A DNA stretch of 64,000 bases from Hydrolagus affinis (taxonomy: Eukaryota), in the NCBI GenBank assembly GCA_012026655.1, contig JAAILG010000686.1, forward strand, positions 1-64,000. The letters run 5' to 3'. Numbering within the stretch: the stretch's first letter is position 1; each line of letters opens with the position of its first letter. Below the pieces are notes generated by a model. The model saw nothing but the letters and a program-made list of their open reading frames with translations. It did not search any database and was not told the origin of the DNA. Made by a program: the position numbers and the translations under genes. Shown here one piece after another: positions 27,401-39,400 of this stretch.

Positions 27401-30400
27401 AACAATGCAGTACTCCCACGTTATTGGACTGAGGTTTGAATCCTCTGCTCCAGAGGCCAGTGTCACTTACTGAACCAAATAGAATCAATAAAATACTTGC
27501 ATGCACCTCTTAAGATTGTGTCAGAGATTCAGTTGAAGAAGACCCGATGGATAATTTTATCTTATCCTTTCAGAATCCCCCCCATTCAATCCTCACCATT
27601 ACAATTGTCTATCAAATGAGTCAAAAATTCTTGAACCTCCCCCCCTCCCCAAATTATCAATCTGTCTGCCTAAATCAGACTTGAGGTATCCTTATGGATT
27701 AGGAACTATGCGCTGAAATTTTTGCTTTGCCTCAGAACACATTCATGATCATGATCTCAACAAGAGGATTATGAAATGCTGCAATTGTGATGGTTTGATA
27801 TTAATGGTTTGATATTATACACTCGCTCACCTTATTTCAGATCAGCTCTCCGACCAGCTCCAGACCTCCTGACGAAATCTCAAATTTCGATGTGCCAAGA
27901 CCTCATCCCTTCTGCCATCCCAAAGTAAATTTTAAGTCCTGCAGAATAGTAGCCTGACAGTTCAGTTGATTTCCTCTTGTGCTGTACTCACAAATATCCA
28001 GCATCCGGACAGCGTTTTGTGCCCAACTTTTTGTGGTGGGGTGGAGAATATCAAGAAGAAAATATTATCTAATTGTCCGGGAATGCATTATGCAACACTG
28101 CAAATTTCACTCCCAACATTATTTAGTTATGCCCAAAATATATTTGTAACCTCTAATTGGGTTGGAGTCAGTTCCTCTGAGATTGGCACTGTCCTGTTAC
28201 TATTTTAAATCAAAACATTTGATGTTTTACCCTTATGTTATTTCAGGGAGTCGACACTAAGAGTATGTCAAATCCCGAGTCTAGTGAAACATGGATGAAC
28301 TGGGCGACTGGCTCTCACGTGGCCCGCCGTAGATGCAGATCAGGCGAACCACAGCAATCTTTGGCTGTCGCTTCCAGTAATATACCTTCATGGCAGCAGG
28401 TTTTGCATTTTATTTACCCTTCCCATCCACCTTGTCATGATACTGTGACCCCTCACTATAAGGCTCTTAAGTTACAATGGTCCTTGTTGACCTGTTGCTC
28501 TCTCCAGTCCTGTATCCAATCGTCACAATCCAATTCAGTTTCTCACTAGAAAGTAATTCTTGTGAGCATTTTAGTAAGGGGTTACTGTACACAATAAATC
28601 CATAAGCTTTTTGCATCTCGGAAATAACCAATTGAGCGTCTTGTTCATGTTATTTACCTCGAAGTGTGGTAGATTTCAGATTTGTAGCCCTGGTTGTTGC
28701 ATCTGTCTGAACTGTTAATTATCCTGTAGTTATGGAATGAATTTAGTTCATTGCAAATTGCAAGGATAATTCAGCTTGGACCGCACGCATTCTATGCCCA
28801 ACGCACAGAACCATATTTCTCAGAGCAAGAAGATGCTTGCTTCAAGTAATTCAAACACAGGATTGTTGTATCCCATGATAAATGATTTGCAGATATGCAG
28901 CATGTTTCACGTACGAAAGCTTCTTAAAAAGCTTTATAGCATGAGAGTAGAGGTGAGGTGAGTTTTGTGTAAGCAAACTTACTGTTACTTTGACATCTTT
29001 CGAAGAATATCGGATACATTTTTGATATCATTTAAATTTTGACTGTTCCCAAAATTAGAATTCAGGTGGAGTAGCATTTTTGTTTGTATCACTCTTGACA
29101 CTTCACTAAATGTTGTCAGGATAGGTCAGCAAGTGTTAGTTATTAGGTGTTACTGTATTAATGTTAGGTGTAGTATTAGTTACTAGTTATTAGTATTGGG
29201 AACCTCTGGCAGTTCAGTACATTGCGTAAATGATTTTGTGGAAGTGCAGGTTTGATCCATTTCCTGAGGGTGAGTTGATGGCATACACTTCTGTAATTGT
29301 AATCGATTTGTTATTCGGAAGCCACCAATAGAACTTCTGTGGTAAATGGTTATGTTCCACTAGTAAAGTAGAGAATGATCTTCTGAGATTAAGAAGTGCC
29401 ATAGAAAGTTACCCTATATTGAACCTGCCTTAAATTGTTACTGAAAATATTCAGAGTTGTTTGTACAATGGAGTAATTTTAACAAGTTCTGAGGGTATTT
29501 CAGAATAATAAATACTCAAAGCAAAAGTGCCAATTTGACACGTTCCTGTTTTTTTTTAGAACATTTCAGCTGAAAAGTCTTTAACAGCAGGTTATCTGGT
29601 GAGATGGTTGACTGGCATTTAGTGGTGGATTAAAGTGAAAGGCTCCAGTGGTTGTTTTGTTGATTAATGTTTAATGTTGGGTCAACTGAAAAATCTTTCT
29701 TTTTATTTATTACCGCATGTGTCTTGGTTTGATTCCTGCCTCAACTCTTACGTCAAAATAACCTGCATGGGTCTGTTGATCAGCTCTGATGCCTTTATTC
29801 AAGGGTTAGTTTCTCTGTCGTTTCTTTGCAAGATTTTCTTTTATTGCAGAATTAGAAAAATTAACCCAAATCATAGCACACCTCCTGTTAGTTTTCTTCC
29901 TGCTCCAAGTTTGCAAACTGAGTTTTACCCCACTCTGTCTGCCACTCATCAGTTTTCAAACTTTTGAGGGAGAGTTTTTGTAAATTGTCATCAACTTTGC
30001 AAGAATCTATTTTACCTTTGCTTTACTACCGTTAACTCTTTTCTAGTGTGCTGTTGTCAGTCTCTCATTCCCAAGGGTTAGGAAGAGCAATAGAGAGCTG
30101 TCTGTTCATCGTGCCATCATTCTGTGTGTACATGATTGGCCTTCCTTAGCTACACACATTTTCAAAATGGCAGGAAGGAAACAGCAGCCTGCATTGGCAA
30201 TAGTCTTATCAATATGAGACTTGTAATCCAGCATCTAGATTTCAACCAGGTTTGGTTTATTTTCCAGTGGAGTCAGTATTGGAATCGCACCCCCTGTCCT
30301 AGGAAAACTCGGGGCCACAACACCTTTTTTTTGTCTGTGAGAGTCTATCAGACATTTTATAATTGATATAGCATTTGATATAGCACCTTATCACATCTTG

Positions 30401-33400
30401 AAGACGTCTCAAAGAGCTTCACAGAAAATACTGTAAACGGAATTAACTATATATTTTATGGGCAGTCAATTGCACACAGCAGTGTCCCACAAACAGTCGA
30501 GGTTTGGGTGACCAAATTATTATTTTTATTGGATTATTAGCCCTGGGAAAGTGATCCACCAATTGACTAACAACCGGGTTCCTATTTACTGCTGGGGTGA
30601 ATGGTGGTGAGAAAGTTGGCTGAGATGTTGTATTAGCAAAGGTTTTTTTTTGATGGGTGGGGCAAGGAGTAAATGGTTTTGTGAACTATTACTGATGCCT
30701 TGGATCTGACCGACTTCATTCAAGTGAAACATTTTGTCTTTGCAGTTACTATCTGAAAATTCATCCAAACCTAGTGGATGTCGTCTTCTAGCGCCTCCAT
30801 ATTCAAGACAATCCACTGAGATGAAGCAAAGTGGTTTGGGTAAGGGACTTCAGTTACCACAGAATCACAGCCCCTTCCACATATAGCCAATGATTCCACT
30901 GTGTGTGCACAATTGTGACCTTTAACTCTAACTTGTTGTGTTCCCTTAAGCATAAACATATCCAGGGTTAAATACTGCAACAAAGGAGGCCCAATATTAT
31001 ACCTTGATATCTATCCAGCTCTCTTGTTCGAATAAGTACCAGGATCACTCAATGCTCCTATCAGGCTTGAATAACTGTTTTACTTATTTTGTCTCCTGGT
31101 TTGTTTTTCCACTACGTGCTAAAGGCAACATTTATTTCTGAATTCTGAGAACTTTCGCTGGCTGCTGTTTTCCCACTAAATCGCTATTCTATTTTTGGAA
31201 TGTTGCTTTCCTACACTGACCAGTGCTTTAGCATCTGCCCATCTCCTTCTCTCGTAGTGCTATTGTTTTCATTGTCGGCCCATCCCCGTCACCTAGAGAG
31301 ACAGATTATAGAAAGCAAACAACAACAAAAATCACAACAAAATTACATCTATATAGCGCCTTTCACGTCGGGAGGATGTCCCAAGGCACTGAACAGTCAG
31401 TGTTTCACACCTGAGCTGGGGTTGACATTGGGATAAGTGGAGGGAAAGGAGGGGATTTGGGGTGACTGATGGGAACATCGAAGAGGAAGGCCTTGAGGCG
31501 GGACTTGAAGGAGGCTAGGGAGGGGGTGAGGCGGACGGATTGCGGGATGGAATTCCAGAGGATACAGGTAGAGTGCTGAAGGTTCGCCTGCCGATGGTGG
31601 GTCCGGGGACATGGAGCAGGCTGGAGCCGCTGAGTGGAGGGAGTGGGGGGGATTGGGAGGGGGCTAGGAGGTCACAGAGGTAGGGTGGGGCGAGGCAATG
31701 GAGGGCTTTGAATGACAGGATATTGAATTGAATACTGTAGGTGATGGGGAGCCAATGGTGTTGGCTGAGAATGGGGGAGATGGGGTCACGGAGCTTGGAG
31801 TGGTAGAGGACACGAGTAGTTGGGAAGGCTAACTAGCGGGGAGTTGAGAGTAGTCAAGCCTGGATGTGGTGAAGGCATGAACGAGGCAGACATAGAAAGC
31901 AAAGGTAGACAATTAGACAGGAAAGGTATTGTGTTCGGCAGCATCACCGCTTCTGCCTCCAATTCCCTTTGCATGGAATACACTGGATAATGCACTGTTC
32001 AAAACTGAGCTGCTACAGTACAGAAATTTGCAAAGATTTATTCCATTTTAACCTCTATATGGAAAAAATATTGCACCATGTTTAACGATATATATTTCAG
32101 ATTTGGTTGGATTCCGCAGTGATTATTTTTTCCTCCTACCACACACGCATTATAAATCAATGCTCGTGCAGTACACAATGTTCCAGATGCCACAGAAGGA
32201 GCAGTGAGATTCATACCTGCACAGACTAATGCTGTGATGTTGGAGGATTGAGCAATCGGCACTTTCAAACTGTGATTTAATTTCTTACCGAGACTTATTA
32301 ATAGTTAATTGTTTGCATTCAGGAGGATATTATTAAAATCTTATTTGAGTGACATTTGATTCCCAAATTATACTCCTGTTTTTATGGATTCACCCCAAAA
32401 TCTCATCAACTCTGGCTCCCTGTGTTGTGTTGATTGCACAGTGTAGGCATTCATTGACGAGAAGTAATGAAATGTTGGTTATGTTTAGATTCAAGAGCAT
32501 CACCTTTTTGGCATTTTTTTTCCTTTAATCAGGAGCCTTCAGGGGAAATGGATAGAGAATGCAAGACAAGCATGAGATTCTAAGCAAAATGCCTATTTCT
32601 GTTTTGGACGTTTGTAGCTGTCTGTTCGAATTGTCTGGTATATCGTTCATGGACCTTTTTCCTAAAGGGAAATCCAAAATGATTTTCTTCAAATTTTGCC
32701 AATCTTTCTCATTGAAATTATAAAATCTTATTTTAAGATTTCATTGGGTGTTTCCTTCCGCTCCTCTCCCCATCTCTTCATTTTCCACCTCTTCAAAACC
32801 TGTTCCATAATGATCCAGTAATTACTATCCTCGTTTTTTTGAGGTGAGGGTGGGTGGGACGTAGACAGGTTCTCCTTGGAGCTGAACTGCCTCCAAGGTG
32901 ACAAGTTTGACAACAGAATATCAGAATTGAGCCAACCCCCTGTGGCAGTCTTGATGGTCTTGTTGCTGAGACTAGGCAAGTGCGCAAGACTCCAGGGCAC
33001 TGCTGATGACAACACAGCCAGGCTCATCCACAGGAGGGTCTCACAATCAGCTCCCATTCTCCCTTCAATCAAAGCCCTATTACAGGCAGTGTGATCCTCG
33101 CTGGACAAACTCCAGGAAAGCTCTCTGGACAAACAGACAGTATGCTCAATGGCAAGCTGGGCTGTTTTAGCTGGTTAGACTCCAGCAATACACCAACCAG
33201 AGCATTACAGGGTGCATTCAACATACATCCGACCAAGGATCATTTTAAACCGTTTGTTTTTGAATATTGGCATCTAATTTATTAATCCTTAAAATAAAGG
33301 TGACTTTTTTTCCACAAAATATGAATTTTGAATTGGTCATTTACTCTCTAAAGATTCAGTGAAATAAATCGCCATTTGTAGCGATCAGTGTGTTCTTTTG

Positions 33401-36400
33401 ATTAGCCCATAATTTTTTTTAAACTGCATTTAATTAAGTTACTCATAAATCGTTTTTTTTTCAACTTTATCTGATCTCTGCGTTGTACAGTTTTCTGGTA
33501 CTCTTTCAATTGTGGAGAGAAGGAAAACATGTTCCGACAGATGGAAATTAGAATTGTCAATATGGTCACTGAGAGCAAAATAAAATGTTCTTCCCCACTG
33601 CTTGAAGTTTGGTAAACAGGTCATTGGAGCAGTGTTTGCTTTGGTTAAATGTAGAAATGCTAATTGGTGCAAAGGCTTCAAGTAAACCCACAGGAGAATT
33701 CCTATTGAATCCATTTTGGCTGAAATGACACTGGAAGCTTCTGCTTATTAAACGCTAACAAAGCTTGGCTATCTTTTACTTCTAACTAAATATTCATTGG
33801 CTTTTGCTGGCTTTTTGAAGTGAGTAGAAAATATTTAGTTCTGCTTGTATGTGGTTTAAAAAAAATAGAACAGTGACATAATATAGTCTTCAGGGTGCCT
33901 TGAACTAACTGATGGTCTCATTCCTCATGTGAACGCTGTAAAGTAGAGTGGAATGTAAAGCTTTCAGGGGATGAATGAATTTATGTTATTGATATTGACT
34001 CATGCTTGACCTTAATGGTTTTTATTTAAGAGAATATTTTATTTCAGAAGTATCTTGGTCTTGAGACCGAAACTACAGCAGTATGTTTGTAGTGACGTTT
34101 GGAAACCTCTAAATAGGGCAGAGGGGAAAATTCTAATGAGGTACCTTTCCATCAGATTGGTAGTTTTCAGTAGAGACATACTATTGTGAGGAGATTAAAG
34201 TGTTGCAGTGTAAAAAATGCTTTTACTTACATTTACTTAAAAATGCTTGTACTTACCCACACATGATGCCTTTACTTGCAGCACATCCTATAGCAGTTCC
34301 CGAAGGCATATTATTTTTCATGGGACATGTATTGCTATCATATTATTCCAATCTGGTTAGATTAAATTGGTTCCTTGAATTAAATTGAGAAATATAGCTG
34401 AAAGTCATGATGGTACTGGCCAGAATTTAGATTTTTGGTTTGACTTGATATTGGTTTGTCTTAATAGACTGAAAATCGAACGTCTTCCTGACGGGAAAGG
34501 CGCTATACAAATATAACTTCTTGTTGATAAGCATGAAGCTGATGAAGATTTATATTTTGTAATCCATAGAACTGTTTTCTTTGAACTTTTAGTCCAGAGC
34601 TCTGTAATGCAGAATTGAAAATGTAGAATGTGAAACATTGTTTTTCTGACGTTAAACGTGTCATACCGAATGCCAAAAGGATTATTATTATAACATTTAA
34701 TCTTTCTTTTAATTGCTGATGACGTGGGTGTCAATTATAATGTAATTGTCTGCTTTAAATATAACTGCAGTCTTTGGAGGGCTAACTTTCTCTTTCAGAT
34801 AGGGTTTGGATTAAATTAAAATGTAATCTGTGGACAATGTAGTGCATCACATTTCCATTTTCAAAGGAGAAAACATTTGGAGCATCAGGTAGGGGGAGGC
34901 AGAGGACAGAATCCAGATAAGAGAGAGCTGCCATAGTGGAAAAGTATATTAATATATCCTCAAACTCAATCCATAATGTAACTAAATTCACTTCATACAG
35001 TGTAAAACATTTTAAATGTTTGATTGGGCTGGATCCCAGGCAAAGGGACTTGCAGTTTTAGACTCCTGTAAGTCCTGGAGCACATTTTAAAATCCTAGCA
35101 GGAACCCTGACTCCAGACATTAAATCTGCAATATTTCCAGATGTTTTCCCCTTCAAGATATCTCTAAGTGCCATGCATATAATAATTGCAGTTATAAATG
35201 CATGCAGCATGAGGAGTTGTTACTAAGCCACTTTTTAATCCTAATACCTAACCCTCTCATGCACAGGTTCCCAGTGTGCTGGTTTGTTCAGTACTACAGT
35301 ACTTGGTGGGTCATCAAGTGCCCCTAACCTCCAGGACTACGCTCGTTCTCATCGCAAAAAGCTGAGTGGTTCCAGCTATTTTTCCCAGAAAGATGGTAGG
35401 TTCCTTGGAATTGTTCTTCAGTTGCTGAGTCCTCATTACTTCAAGCAATTAGCCTGGGTCACCTCTGGCCTTTCCATCAGATTGGTATTTTTCAGTAGAA
35501 ACGTACTATTATGAGGAGATTAAAGTGTTGCAGTGTAAAAATGCTTTTTCCATTCTGGATTGCCTTTTATTTTTAAATTATCAACCCCTATACAGCGCCT
35601 TTTACACCTATTGTAAAGTAGATACTTAGAAGTAACCTACAAAGACTCTTTACGAATATGCAAACTCCTGAGGTATTATGACCTTCATACGTACCTCATC
35701 TCATTTCTGTTAGCTATTACATTTGTAAGATATCCTAGACCTGAGGCTAATTTTGTCACAGACGAGCAGGTCAATGAGAACCTCACAGAGAAATAAATTG
35801 TCTCGTGAAAAACATACAACAAAGATAAGTTGTCGTACGAACTCTTTATCTGGATAATATGGTGAATTATGTTTCATAATTTTGTGTGGAAAAATCCAGT
35901 GCCTTGTACCTACCACAGTTGCATAATAATTAGGTTCACTGTTTAATGATTAATTGCTTCGGGGTGACTCATTGCTATTCATACCAGAACCACAACCATT
36001 GCAAAATGTTTACTGCAGTGGAATGGTTAAAAACTCATTCAAACCCATCTCATTTCAAGACAGAAGCACCGCCGTAGTATTGTAATGCTTGATTAAATAG
36101 ACTGCACATTAGTATGTGCATCTATCTATTCTACATTCTGTTGGGGTTATGGCTTTATGATCATCTTCATTCTATTATTTAACTCATTTCTAAAATGTTT
36201 TATGTGATTAATTTTTTTGCTGCTTTTTTCTTTTAAAAAAAAGCAGGCACCTCTTCGAGAGTCAATTTATTAGTTATTAAAATGTGGCAAACCATTGTCT
36301 CTGTGGTGTTGAAGACGGGGGGAAAGGTGGAGAGAGTTGCTTTAATTTTATGTGCAGTTTATTTGAAAAACTTTTAACTATTTGCCAACTTTGGCAAAGT

Positions 36401-39400
36401 AGTTGCAGCTTTTAAGAATTAAATTTAAAATGAGCAAGAATGGTTGTTCTCTACAACTCTGGAAGGTTACTTTTCCCCTCTTGATCACAGACAGCCCAAG
36501 CTGTTGTAAAATTGGGTTTCCTCTGCTCTGGTTTCAATACATTTGATTGTGTTAAGTTAACAATCTGGCGTTATATGTTATGCAGGTATCTAACTGATAA
36601 CACTGACTGGTTCAATATTAATCACTCACTCACGTGCTTTATGTTGACTCACTTTGTTCTATACATTAGAGGTGCACTTGTCTCTACGGAACGCATCATT
36701 TTCCTGTCACCTTGACTCCCCATTAATTCAATGTAAGCACACATGAAAGTGTGTCGCAGGAAGATATTTAGCATTAGTTTCAATGGAGAGAACACCGTGG
36801 CTGTGTCTGGCATACTGATGTCTGGCGTTCTGGATGTATTCTACTATTCTGGATACAGGAAAACTTTTGAGTTTTCATTCATACAAGTGTGTGCTGTATC
36901 CGAGCCTGCATTAGTTTCTGCCTAATATATGACCCCAGATATGTTTCTGTGAAATTGTAATAGTTTTACTTTGTGCACAACTGTTACCATACTATTTTCC
37001 TAATGCTTTTGTTAACTGAGCAGAAAGCCATTTTTCAGGGTTTGAGTTTATATTGGTCAGACTGAGAGCAGTAGGATAGACGACAAATAATGGGGATCTG
37101 TATTTTTGGTTGCGGTCAGGTTGTGCCTGGCTTTTCCTGAAAACTGTTTGTGCACTAATACTATGTTTTACTAAATAAAATGGACACTTTGTACACGATA
37201 GCTGATTTTGAGAAGCCCTTGGCATGAGGATGGTGTAGTAACTGAGGATTGAAAAGACTGTACGAGGGTCCGTAATAGCTTGATTGATTGACTGATTTTT
37301 AAGCGAATTGTGCTTTTGTAGAAAAGGATTTATTTATGTTGCATTTCCCCTTCCTCCTCCTGCTGTTTTGAATGAGATGAAGTTTTGGACATGAATGCCA
37401 ATGACAACAAACAACAAATCTTACATTTATTAAGCGCCTTTCACGTCGAGAGGACGTCCCAAGGCGCTGTACAGTTAGGTAAGGACAAGAGCAGCGGGGG
37501 AGGAGTCGGGGCAGGACGAAGAAAAGTAGGAAAATTATATTTGTGGACATGTGACTTGTTTACCTATCCTTGCAGCTGATTTCTGAGACAAGCAACTGTA
37601 TGAGAGGGGAAGGATTGACTATTATTTTGCCAGCCTTTGACAACAGTAAGAGAAGAAAAGTTTAATGTGAAACATAATGGATGGTTGTTTGACACTAGGA
37701 TCTGAAAAGATGTGGCTTATGTTCTGTTTTACAGTTGGTTAAAACATGCTCATGACCTTAATACATTATAGGTTGTAGCCCGTGTCTGAACCTCACAGCA
37801 CAGTAGTAACTGCAACATTATCTGACTTTGCATGGGTTAGATAGGACTTGTTTTTTTTTAGTGCCTTATCAAGTCAAATTAATTACTGTCAAGTTCAGTA
37901 ACTTTACAGGCAAAATGCTGCAGCCAGTTTGCACACAGGAAGGTTTCACAAACATCTGCAAATTCAAGGAAAAATTTGAACGATTGTCGGTCAGGACATC
38001 AGGAGAAAAGTCTAATTAGAAGGACAGCACCTCCAAGAATACAATGCTTAGTATGCAATGCAATGCAATTCCCTAGTACTGGAATCTCTCTCTCTCTAAA
38101 TGGTGAGCTCAAATCTCAATGTGGACCTGAACCACAACCATCTGATCCAGATGTGAGAATGCTGTTCACTAAACCAAACCAGATGCTTGTATGTTCAAAG
38201 AGAATAACCTGGGAAAACTTGTTGCCTTAGAGCAAGTTCTCCCAGCAAAAACTGAAATGCAATAAGCAACCCAACAAGGTGCAAGTAATGGTGTGTTCTC
38301 ACTATAGCTCTGAACCTATTGCCTGTTTTAACACTTTCTAGTAGTTACTTGGTTTAAATTGTAGTTTCACTGTTCCGCCTTTGCAAAAATGTTTTATTTC
38401 TATTTCAAATTTGCTTTTCTTCAAGTTCAAGTAAGGCTACACACCAACTGTCGAACAATGTTATAAAGGATTTGCAGCACAGAGAGGTGAGACCTGTGTT
38501 CCCGGAGAAATGAGGATTAATTCAAATGGATTTAAACTCCAGCATTGCATAGACTCACTTCAAAACAATTCATCAGACACAATAAATAGTGAAATGTGTA
38601 TGTCGATGGATATATATTTTGATTGATCTTCCAAATGACACTAATCCCTGACAGGATTTTGCAGTTTAAGATCCCCTCTAAGAATGCAAGTTGAATTTGA
38701 AAGTGGATCTGAGTGACCCATGTTCTAATAATGGCTATAATCCAGTCTCGTTGTGGAATAGGGAACTGGAGGCTGATTGAAAGTCACAGAATTTTCCGGC
38801 CTAGACTAGAATTTTGTGAGTATACACTTATAGCTTTTCTTTGTATGGATTTTCTCAACCTGTAGATAGAAATGAAAAGATGCTTATTGAGCTGCTGTAG
38901 ATATCCAGTATGCCCATTTTGGGAAAGATGAGTTAGTACATTGGGTGTGATCCTTTAACAGTGTAAAAAAGGACAGGTCATGTAGTACTAGCTCATCTAG
39001 TTCCTTTAAGATGCTGATTTGTGCATTTCCAGAGCAATTAGAGTATAGTGTAAAGCTGCTAGCTCATAGATGAAAAATATAATTGTAGATGCTCACTTGT
39101 TAGTTTTGGCTTTATTACTGTGCAACATGTTTTTTTTATTAGTGATTTTAGATTGTGGTAATTTACCCAGGAATGACATCACCTATAGGACAAATATGCA
39201 TGTTACAGTGGAGTGCCCTTCAAATCTGTTTTGTTTTCATTTTGTTCTACTGTGTTTCACTGCAAGGATTGTAGACGTTTCAGTACAGAAGGTTCTCTGT
39301 TCCTTGTACCTGTGCTGGGATAGCTCGGGAAGCTGTACTATTGGTAGTGACTATTATAGACATCAGTGAAACCTGTCCTCCTTCCCGTTTGGCAACCTGT

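Noticed and set aside
27028-27506. 92-aa and 144-aa ORFs
   Set aside because: Overlap a decayed CR1 fragment and adjacent repeat-like sequence.
32876-33285. Plus-strand ORFs as a possible extra PPIP5K1 exon
   Set aside because: The obvious acceptor gives an early stop in phase 1, and I found no compatible donor.
39267-39343. Possible decayed duplicate of exon 27 ([12 protein letters not shown] versus AVKRFSVS)
   Set aside because: In-frame stop, similarity limited to RFSV, and a weak donor.
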